Below are positions 52,991 to 64,000 of a stretch of DNA of 64,000 nt, piece by piece. Origin of the DNA: the human T2T-CHM13v2.0 reference genome, Homo sapiens. Position 1 is the stretch's first letter. The number at the start of each line of letters is the position of its first letter. The position numbers and the translations under genes were made by a program. Under the pieces are notes generated by a model. That model saw only the letters and a program-made list of their open reading frames with translations. It made no database searches and had not been told where the DNA came from. Where the stretch lies: NCBI RefSeq assembly GCF_009914755.1, contig NC_060947.1; one strand, given 5' to 3'.

Positions 52991-53104
52991 AACTTAGATT
53001 ACTAAATCTAGCTAAGTCTCTAACTGCCTCATATTTTCCCTGCTGGCATTCTGTAACAGCAGCAGCAGCAGCAGCAATGGTTAAAAACAATCACAGTAAC
53101 AACA

Positions 53105-53350
53105 GTAATAGTAATAACAGCTAACACTTATCTAGTACTTGGGCAAGCAATATTAAAAGCACTTTCTTCTACATGTTAGCTCATTTTAATCCTCACAACC
53201 TATGAGGTATGTACTATTATCCCACCAAAAATGATGAGCACAGAGAAGTTAAATAATTTGCCCAATGATACACAGTTAATAAATAGCAGAATCAGGAGAT
53301 GATCCCATTGGTCTGGCTCCAAAATATACTTTCTTATTCACTATTCTACA
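53105..53350 (-). mobile_element. MIR SINE (preceded by a short (CAG)n at ~53057-53077)
   Basis: ctcattttaatcctcacaacctatgaggtatgtactattatccc...cagagaagttaaataatttgcccaa. Confidence 0.75.
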
Positions 53351-53959
53351 CTTATAATATTTCTGTCCCATATGACTAAGGCATAGATATCATCTGCTTG
53401 CATGTTATATGAAGAGGTGCCTATATATCATAGTACTAACGGCAACATTTTCCAACTTTTCCCCTTCCCTTAGCCCCCAACCCCCAACCCCCAACCCCAA
53501 GTCTTTAAATCCCAGAAGCACTCTTGTATTCACTCTTTAGGACCTCTTCCTTTTATAAGGTCTTAAGGAATGTTTATCTGAGTTTAAAAAAATAATAAAA
53601 ATTCCTAACAACGGTTCTCAATCCTTGTTTTTAAGTCATGGATGCCTGTGAAATGTGATGAAACTATGGACTTCTTTTATGAAGAAACATAAAACATTTT
53701 GTAAATAAATTTCAAGGTCTTATGGATGCTAGATCAAGAACATTTCGCATATCTCAATGCAGTTCTCCTCAGCTGCAGTGCTGCAAAAGGATAGTATGTT
53801 GTGATTCAATAATCGAGCTTCACACACACACATCTGGACTAGTCAAATCTACCCATTTGACGCAGGGTCAGTTTCTGCACCTAGATTTAGCTATATCACG
53901 TGGCTCTATGACACTGTGGGAGGAAACCAATGGGGATGGGGACATGAAACAGGTCAATG

Positions 53960-54551
<592 letters not shown>

Positions 54552-55840
54552 TAACTATTCTAACCGCTACTGGGCTCCTCAGCATTAATGCTTATCGAAT
54601 GCACAAATTCAAGTTATAGGGGTAAGGAGGAGATAATTTGCTCATGGCTTGTTTTTCCTTTTACCTTTATCAATTAATTAAAATATAGAAAGTTGAAATA
54701 AATTCTTTATTTATCTAAACTGGCATTTTGTATTGGGCACAGAATTGGAACATGTTTCTAGAATACTGTAAGAATGCCCCGTATTCTCTCCAACTTTTTC
54801 TGGAAGCTGAATATGCATCCATAATGAGAAAATAATTAAGTCATAGCAAATTACAAGTTGTTAAAAATTAAGAAATACCACAAATATAACAAGTTCCAGA
54901 AAATAACACAATATTTTTGCAAATTATGTCTTAATTATTTTCAAAAAAGTTGTTTAAAAATATAATAGGTGAGTCAAGAAAAATGCATATTAGAAAATCT
55001 GGTTTCTAGCCTCAGCCTTTTTATCTTAACTTTGTTCATTTGTAAAAATTAGACAACCAGTCAAAACAATATAAAAGAGTTCTATCAACTTTAATTTTTT
55101 TTGTACTGCTACCAGAATAGTAGGTAGATTTTTACAAGAAAAGAGGTTAAGGAGAATACTATGGAAGAAAAAAAAAATAATGTACTGTTGAAGAATCTAC
55201 ATCTATAATCTAACTCCAACTTGTTAAGGTAGAGGAGCAACAACATCGGGGGCAGACACTAAAATTCCATCTCAATGTTGCTCTGACTTCACATGCAGTT
55301 GAATATATAAACTCTTTAAATTTTCCAACAGTATACTCCTTGGCCAATTTTAAGACTTCTCTTGGTTTTCTAATAGGTTGATCCAGGATAGGAAATGTTT
55401 CTTAGATTTCTGAAAACTCTCTGTAGAAAAACACAATGGTTATCATAGAATAAAATAAGGTAGTTCCTTTGGTCTAAGAGATGCTTTATCTTATGATTTA
55501 TCCAAAGAGAACTAAAAAACACTCCGTAAAATGTATTGACTCTGCAATGAAGAAGGGGATTTTTAAAAGCAGGGGGAAAAGAAAAAACAATATAAAATAC
55601 CTTACAGTCTATATAAATGCACAAATTCCATGGTTATGACAAAATCACAGTAGCATGTTGTCCCATTTTGGGCATAGTCCTGTCATCACTGAATAAGTTC
55701 ATTAAATGGGAGATTCCTTTTCCATTCCCTCCATGTTGCTCCTATAATTTTGAGCAAGCTGCTTAAAGATACATATATCCATTTATATATTTGTAACTTT
55801 TGGCCTTCTCTAAATCTCTTTTTAAAAGCTGTAAGTTAGA

Positions 55841-58800
55841 CAGCTGCTGGTGAGGCTGCAGAGAAAAGGGAAGCTTATACACTGCTGGTGGGTATGTAAA
55901 TTAGCTCAGCCACTAAGAAAAGCAGTTTGGTGATTTCTCAAAGAACTTAAAACAGAACTACCATATGACCTAGCAATCCCATTATTGGTTACATACACAA
56001 AGGAATACAAATCATTCTACCATAAAAACACATGTCCCAGTATGTTCACTGCAGGACTATTTACAATAGCAAAGATATGGAATCAACCCAAATGCTCATC
56101 AATGGAAGACCTGACAAGGAAAACGTGGTACATCTACACCATGGAATACTATGCAGCCATAAAAAGGAACGAGATCATGTCCTTTGCAGGAACATGGATG
56201 GAGTTGGAGGACATTATCCTTAGCAAACTAACGCAGGAAGAGAAAACCAAATGCCACATGTTCTCACTTATAAGTGGGAGCTAAATGACAGGAACACATG
56301 GACACATAGAGGGAAAAAATAGATGCTGGGACGTACCTGAAGGTGCAGGATGGGAGAAGGGTGAGGACTGAGAAACTAGAAAAACTACCTATCAGGTACT
56401 ATGCTTATTACCTGGCTAACAATATGTACACCAAAGCCCCGTGATATAGTTTACATATTTGTCCCTGTCGAAATCTCAAGTTGAATTGTAATCCCCAGTA
56501 CTGGTGGTAGGGCCTGGTGGGAAGTGACTGAATCATGAGTGTGGATTTCTCATGAATGGTTTAGCATCATCCTCTTGGTGCTGTTCTCACTATAGTGAGT
56601 TCTCACAAGATCTGGTTGTATAAAAATGTGTGGCATCTCCCTCTCTCTCTCTCTCTCGTTCCTGCTCTTGCCATGTGATGTGCCTGCTCCACCTTCAGCT
56701 TCTGTCATAATTGTAAGCTTCCTGAGGCCTCCCCAGAAGCCAAGCAGATGACGGCACCATGCTTCCTATGGTGCTGCATCCTTCCTAAAGGCTGCAGAAC
56801 TGTAAGCCAATTAAACCTCTTATTTTTATAAATAGCCCAGTGTCAGGTATTTCTTTATACGAGTGCAAGAACTGACTAATACAGAAAACTTGTACAGAGG
56901 AATGGGGCATTGCTATAAAGATACCTGAAAATACAGAAGCAACTTTAGAACTGCACAATGAGCAAAGGTTGGAAGAAATTAGAGGACCCAGAAGAAGATA
57001 GTAAGATGAGGGAAAGTTTAAAATTTCTCAGAGACAGGATAAATGGCTCTGATCAAAATGCTGACAGTTATATGGACAATGAAGTCCAGGCTGAGGAGGA
57101 CTCAGATGGAAAAGAGGAACTTATTGGGAACTGGAGCAAAGGCCACCCATGTTATGCCTAAGCAAAGACCTTGGCTGCGTTCTGTTCATGTCCGGGGGAT
57201 CTGTGGAAGCTTGACTTGAGAGTGATGATTTAGGGTATCTGGTTAAAGAAATTTCTAAGCAGCAAAGCATTCCAGATGTGACCTGGCTGCTTCTAATAGC
57301 CTATGCTCAATGAGGGAGCAAATAAATGACTTAAGTTGGAACTTATATTTAATGGGAAAGCAGAGTGTAAAAGTTTAGAAAACTTGTAGCCTGGCCGTGT
57401 GGTAGAAAAGAAAAGCCCATTTTTAGGAGAAGAATCAAAGTGAGCTGCAAAGCAACCTCTTTCTAGAGAAATGTGCATAACTAAAAAGGAGCCAAGTACT
57501 AACAGCCAAGACAATGGGAAAAAGGCTTAGAAGGCATTTCAGAGAACTTCGAGGCAGCCCCTCCCATCACAGGTCCTGTGGGCTAGAAAGAAATGGTTTC
57601 GGGAGCCAGGCCCAGGGCCCTGCTTCCCTGCACAACATGCTCCCCATATCCAGGCCACTTCAGCTCCAGCCTCAGCTCAGATGACCTCAGGTTTGGCTCT
57701 GGTCGCTACTTCAGAGGGTGTAAGCCATAAGCCTTGGTGGCTTCCATATTGTGTTAAGACTCCAGGCACACAGAGTATAAGAGTGGAAGGGGCTTGGCAG
57801 CCTCCACCGGGATTTCAGAGAATATATGGGAAAGCTTGGGTGTCCAGGCAGAAACCCACTGCACAGATGGAACCACCACAGAGAACCTGTATTAGGACAG
57901 TACATAGGGAAAATGTGGGGTCGGAGGCCCCATGCAGAGTCCCTACTGAGGCACTGCATAATGGAGCTGTGGGAAGGGAGCCACAATACTCCAGGCCCCA
58001 GAATGGTAGAGGCACAGGCAGCTTGCACCCTGCACCTGAAAAAGCCACAGGCACTCAACAACCTGTGAGAGCAGCCACAGGGGCTGAACTCTACAAAGCC
58101 ACAGGGGCAGAGCTGCCCAAGGCCTTGGGAGCCCACTCCTTACAGGACTTGAATGGGGCCTGTAGCCCCCCTTTTTTGGACAATCTCTCCCTTTTGGAAT
58201 GGAAATGTTTACCCAATACTTAAACCCCCATTGTATCTTGGAAGTAAATAACTTGTTTTGATTTTATAGGCCCAGAGGTGGAAGGAACTCATTTCCAGAA
58301 AAGAATTTGAATTTGAGACTTGGGAATTTTGAGTTAATGCTGGAATGAGTTAAGATTTTGGTGGGGATTATTGAAAAGGGATGCTTGTATTTTGAAACGT
58401 GATAAGGAAATGAGATTTGGGAAGGGCCAGGGACAGAATAAGTTTGTACATTTGTCCCTACCCAAATATCATATTGAATTGTAGTTCCCAGTATTGGAGG
58501 TGTGAAGCCTATTTGGAGGTGACTGTATCATGGAGGTGAATTTCTCATGAATGGTTTAGCACCATCACCTTGGTGCTGCCCTCATGATAATGAGTGAGTT
58601 CTCATGAGTTCTGGCTGTTAAAAAGTGTGTGGCACCTCCCTCTATCTTGCTCCTGCTCTGGTCATGTGACATGTCTGCTGCCCTTTCGCCTTCCATCATG
58701 ATTGTAAGCTTCTTGAGGCCTTCCCAGAAGTTGAGCAGATGCCAGTACCATGCTCCCTGTAAATCCTGCAGAACCATGAGCCAATTACGCCTCTTTTCAT

Positions 58801-58934
58801 TATAAATTACCCAGTCTCAGGTATTTCTTTATAGAAATGCAAGAATGGCCTACTACACACAGCAATTTATCTATAGAACAAAGAGCCTGCACATCTACCC
58901 CTGAAACTAAAAGTTAAAAATAAATAAATAAATG
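55841..58934 (+). mobile_element. L1PA15/16-like 3' end (55841-56441 and 58858-58934) split by an MSTA provirus
   Basis: ORF2 C-terminus; 16-bp target duplication AAAGCTGTAAGTTAGA (55825-55840) / AAAGCTATAAGCTAGA (58935-58950). Confidence 0.9.
56442..58857 (+). mobile_element. Complete MSTA-type MaLR provirus: LTR 56442-56883, internal, LTR ~58439-58857
   Basis: Two homologous ~430-bp LTRs; internal region homologous to the THE1A internal region (EDPEEDSKMRESL..EVQAEEDSDGKEELIGNWSKG); purine tract before the 3' LTR. Confidence 0.92.
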
Positions 58935-60221
58935 AAAGCTATAAGCTAGAGATCAGCTTGTGTTACACAATTTCCTATAAATCTCACATCTTCAATTTTC
59001 CACATACAACAGTCAGGAAAATTTCATCTGAGGTTCAACAATTGGTAAAAACGTGTTTGGTGGTGATAATTTACATGATTTATTTACATACATAAATTTA
59101 TACCACAAGCTACAAGTGAAACATATTCATCCTTCATCTTTTAGCAATTCTACCACATTAAAGGAAAAAATTAGATCAAATCTAGGCCACAGAATAATGA
59201 AAGGCTGAATTATCTAGAAGGTTGACAGTTAAATGCCCTCCTTTAACAAAATTAAGTAACAATCTCTGGGCAGTTCACATCTACACATAAAAAAAAAATG
59301 TGAAGTTTGTTCCCACTGATACTGCTCCAATTAACAGGTTATAAATACCTGACGTAGTATATAAAACTTATTCCAAACTAGAATGTAGTTATAAAGGCTA
59401 CTATGTTACCAACCACACAAATAAACAAATAGGTCAGTTAAGGCTTAAAAAGGACTTCTGTTTGGAAAATATATTGTGAGCGTTTTAAAGTCTATAAACT
59501 GCATATATATCCTGTGCAATGTGCCAGAAAATGTATCAACCAATTAATTTACATTAGGGAAAACTGTAAAGCTTGCTAGACTAGAAAAATATATAGGTTT
59601 TAATGACTTTTCTTCCAATATGCTCCAATTATTGTATCTTGACATATTAATGGATACTAGGTAGCAACATAAATATGTTTCATTTTCTTTACCAAAAAAA
59701 AATCTACCTATTTAAATTGATAAAAGCCTCAAAGGACATTTATTCATGAAAGTTATCTCTAGTAGTTAAAATGTCACATGCAGAAATCATTTAGAATGCA
59801 AGGATATGACTTCCAAGTGTCTTTGAATCCTTCACATAAATATGCATGCATACCATTTATAATAGTAGCCTTGATGAGAACATGCTGTAACTGGCTGTGA
59901 GAAATGCTTAAGAGGCTTATATTAAAACAGAATATAGAATGGTGGTTAGAAATCACAGAACAGGTGATACCTTATTCTGATAACCTGGTGATAAAAAGTG
60001 TAGGCTATGATGTATAGATGGTAATAGTGTTACTACTTTAGGATAAAAATAAAACAATATTTATATGGAATTATAAAGCATTATGAAGAGAATCTAATAT
60101 AAAACTAAAAGTTAATATCTGTAGGTCAAGGAAATGCATGTTTATTATAATTCACAGACAGACTCTTGTATATAAAATGTAAGAACTCAAGAGAATTACC
60201 CAGAAGTTTAATATATTTAAC

Positions 60222-60263
60222 CCCAAAGTGCTGGGATTACAGGCATGAGCCACCGCACCCGGC
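60222..60263 (-). mobile_element. Isolated 42-bp Alu 5'-end fragment
   Basis: cccaaagtgctgggattacaggcatgagccaccgcacccggc with no Alu body or tail. Confidence 0.85.
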
Positions 60264-61184
60264 AGGATGAGGTATAATTTTTATAAAAAACATTCAATCT
60301 GAGCCACATGTAGGCTCTGCAGATAATAAAAATATATGTAAGGCTGACAAATCTCAGCCTTAAGGTTACAACCATCTTTGGAGAAAAATGTTTTCTTTGT
60401 CTAAGATTCAATACATAAGATCACATTCTGAAATTTTATATCTGTACATGACAAACAAAACTTGTAAATGTCTTTTCCCTTCAAAAGAAATAAAAACAAA
60501 ATGCATTTTTTAATGTATGAATTAGAAATAGAGGGATTTAGTGGAAAAAAGAGAAATAGGGCTAAACATTCCATTTTTGTAAAACACTAGTAAGGAGGCC
60601 AGTGAGCTTTAGATCACTTCCCAGTGATCTGTTCATTCTGTTTCTGTTCCTTACCCTAAGCTCCACAGGAGTGAGTAGCAAGTGGCAACATAAGAGGAAA
60701 CATGGTGTGTCTCCTTTGAATCAGGCAATGACACAGGAAGAGGGAAAGAGTAACTAAGAAAACCATAGAACTCCCCCGCTTGTATTAAGTTGATAGAAGG
60801 ACCTTTGGTTCCTGGGGGACATGGCACTCCCCATTTATTCCTACTTTGACAAGTAATCAGAAGAGGAAGAGCTTGTCTAGAAATACACAGATCCATCATA
60901 TTCGGAAATAAGTGACTTCCAAATTTATAACGTTCCCACCTAAAGTCATAAAATCACATATTTAGGTAATGTAAATTTGAGAATACCTACTTCCAGTAGT
61001 AAACTGAACTAGATACTGTGAAGACACTTCCAGTTAATACCAAAACTAGGTCTTGGATGAAATAATTGTTATTGAACCAATGACACTGAAGGAAGGGGAA
61101 TGTCCATGGGAAACACTGATCCCCATGTACATACAATACAAACCCTAACCTGAAATAAAAGCTTTGAGCAATAAACACTGAAAT

Positions 61185-61187
<3 letters not shown>

Positions 61188-61225
<38 letters not shown>
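61188..61225. repeat. (TA)n microsatellite; (CA)n also at ~61422-61443
   Basis: Direct reading of the sequence. Confidence 0.95.
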
Positions 61226-61227
<2 letters not shown>

Positions 61228-61449
61228 TGTAATGGTATCACTATGTGGAGGTTGTATTGCATTATTAAGTGACGACCCCCAAAGGGAACTAAAATGATCC
61301 TAATTCTGTAGTGCCGTGAGGATGAAGCAAACACAAATAATCCCTGAAGAAAGGCACTCCCAATTTGGGTCCCCAGATTAAAATCAATCAAATATAAACT
61401 CTCAGCTAAGGAAAAGCATTGCACACACACACACACACACACAAATCAC

Positions 61450-62400
61450 TGAGATGAATCAGTAGAAACAATACACGGCAATATTATATCGTTATGAAGT
61501 TTAAATATTAGAGTTATCAGAAAGAGAATGTAAAATATCTATATATGAAATGAATAAATAATTTCAAAAATGAACAAGTAAAAAAAATCAAGAATGACAG
61601 AGAAGATGGTGAGTAGAATTTCTAAAAATGAAAGATAATATTGAAGAAAGAAAATGAATGGGTTACAGGTGAAGAGAATCAATATGCTGGAATACAGATC
61701 TTAATTAGGTACCCAGAATGCAGCCAGAAAGACAAGAAGATAGCAAATATGAAAAAGATATTGAGAGATACAGAAGAGAGAATGCTAAGTTCTAAAACTT
61801 ACCTACTTAGGGTTCCAAAAAGGCGAGAAGAGAAAAGGAAGAAAAAACAATACTTATAAAGATATTGGCTGATAAATTTCCAAAACAATAAACATAAATT
61901 TACAGACAGAAAAAGCACAATGTATTTAGTTGAACCATAGGATAATGTAGGTCTAAAATGGTTGAATAATGTTAATTTCATATGGTTCAACCTATACTAA
62001 GCAAGATAAATACAAAGAAATTAACACCTAAGATTCACTGTAGTAAAAATATAGAATACAAAAGACAAACTATATTAAAAACAATGTGAGAGAAAAAAAG
62101 ATATCTTTGTAACTTGTCATAATAAAAAATGACAAAGTAGGCTGACACTGAACTTTTCAGTGGCAAAAATGGAACACAAATGACAATGGAATAAAATTTT
62201 AAAGTATTAACAAAAATTGTCAGCCTAGCATTGTTTACTCAGTAAACTTCCACTCAAGAGAAAAAAGAAGAAAAAGTTATTTTCAGATACACACAACTAG
62301 AAAGCATTTGCCACCAGTAGATGTAAACTAGAGGAACTATTCTTAAATGCTTATATTAAAAAATATTTAAAAGATGAATACTTAATTCACGGAACTTCAG
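61450..62400 (+). mobile_element. Highly decayed ancient L1/HAL1 ORF1-like region
   Basis: A-rich with ORF1-like remnant KKIANMKKILRDTEERMLSSKTYLLRVPKREE; boundaries approximate. Confidence 0.55.
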
Positions 62401-62865
62401 CCTAATAATTGCCAAGGGCAGGGGAGGGGAGAGATGATCTAAATATAATCCAGAGAAAGCAAAACAAAGGAGATAATAAAGAGCAGAAAATAATGAATTA
62501 GGACACAAAGCTACAACTGAATAAAAAAATCCCAAATTTGATTCCTGAAAAACAGAGAGAGGTCGTAAAACTTGCCCAAAGTTACATGGATAATAAACAG
62601 AAAAGTCAGGACTTAAATCTAAGCAGTCTTGTCTCTATACTTCAGGTATACTAAATGACCTCCCAAAAAAAGCTAAGCATAAAAAAAAAAGATTGCTCTA
62701 TTTGACTATATTAATCTTCATGACCTTTATGTATCATAAAAACCATAAGACAAAATACATCCAACACATATAACTGAAAAAAGATCACTAATCAGAATAT
62801 ATTTTAAAACTCCTACAAATCAATAAGACAACAACCCAATAGACAAATGGGCAAAAGTCAACAAT

Positions 62866-64000
62866 GAGAGGGTGGAGCAAGATGGTCAAATAGATGCCTC
62901 TAGTGATCATCCCTCCCACAGGAATGCGGAATTTTAACAACTAACTACACACAAAAAAAGAACCATCATAAGAAGCAAAAATCAGGTAAGCAATCACAGT
63001 ACCAGGCTGCAACTTCCTATCACTGAAGGAGGCACTGAAGACAGTCTTGAATGGTCAATGCCAACCCTCCCCAATTCCACGGCAGTGGCCACATGGTGTG
63101 GAAAGAGAAATCTATGCATTTGAGGGAGTGAGAGCATAGCAACTGGGGGATGTAGCATTGAACTTGGTGCTGCCCTGTCAGTGGAGAGCAAAGCTATGCT
63201 AGGCTCAGGTGGCACTGAGAGAACATTTGGACCAGCCCTAGCAAGAAAGGAATGGCCCATCCCAGCAGCTGGAACTCGAGTGTCTCAGCAAGCCTTGTCA
63301 CAATGGGCTAAAGTGCTCTGGAGTTCTAGGTAAACTTGAAAGGCAATCTAGGACACAAGGACTGTAATTCCCAGGCAAGTGCTAATGCTAGGCTGGGCTT
63401 AGAGCCCATGGACTAGGGCAGCACATGACCTAGGGAGAAACAGCCTGGGCAGCTAAGGGAGTGCTTGTGCCACCCCTCCCCAAACCCTAGGCCATGCAGC
63501 TCACAGCAACGAAGGTGTCTAATTCCTTCTGCTTGAGAAGAGGAGAGCAAAGAGTAAAAGGACTTTGTCTTTCATCTTGGATAGCAGCTCAGCCACAATA
63601 AGATAGGACACCAGGCAGAGTCATGAGGCCACCATTCTAGACCCTAACTCCCAGAAAACATTTCTAGACATACCATGGACGATAAGGGAACCCATTGCCT
63701 TCAAAGGAAGGACCCAATCCTGGCAGGGCTCATCACTTGCTAGTTAAAAGCCCTTGGCTACAAAATAATCAACAGTAATACCCAGGTAGTATGCCGTGAG
63801 CCTTGGGTGAGATTCTGAGACATGCTGGCTTCAGGTGAGACCCAGTACATTCCCAGCTGTGGTATCTATGGCAAAAGACTTCTGTTTGAGAAAAGCAGAG
63901 AGAAAAGTAAAGGGGACTTTGTGTTGTGTGTTAAACACCAACTCAGACACAGGGGTGCAGAGCACCAAGCAGGCTCTTGGGAACTCAAGTCGAGGCCTAG
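62866..64000 (+). mobile_element. L1 5'UTR (L1M1/L1MA-type), continuing beyond the window
   Basis: gagggtggagcaagatgg start, aaaaatcaggtaagcaatcacagtacc, and the repeated gagaaaagtaaaggggactttgt module. Confidence 0.75.

Noticed and set aside
53057-53077. (CAG)n as an expansion locus
   Set aside because: Only about six units, intronic, beside a MIR
60651-60899. 82-aa minus-strand ORF ending at a strong donor AGG|GTAAGG as an extra CHM exon
   Set aside because: No REP-1 similarity, several equally weak acceptors, and isolated strong donors are common in long introns

Overview
Primate (human-like) genomic DNA, not microbial. The window lies inside the X-linked choroideremia gene CHM (Rab escort protein 1, REP-1), which runs on the minus strand. 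Four coding exons splice in phase with GT-AG borders: 22446-22523, 12203-12307, 11765-11828 and 5307-5403. They give [114 protein letters not shown], which I recognise as exons 9-12 (numbering from memory). The intronic microRNA MIR361 is at 14755-14826 (-). The rest is intron, densely filled with L1, L2, CR1/L3, Alu/FAM, MIR, MaLR LTR elements (complete THE1A and MSTA proviruses) and DNA-transposon fossils. Repeat subfamily names are by-eye recognition and need RepeatMasker/Dfam confirmation. I found no evidence of a new multi-gene system. The best leads are: (i) an unexplained 65-bp-arm near-perfect inverted repeat fused to an irregular minisatellite (33162-33485); (ii) a latent 114-nt pseudoexon one base from activation (12714-12827); (iii) an antisense-Alu pseudoexon behind a 121-nt pure pyrimidine tract; (iv) an AT-rich VNTR about 20 nt from the exon 9 donor; (v) several nested or rearranged retroelements.
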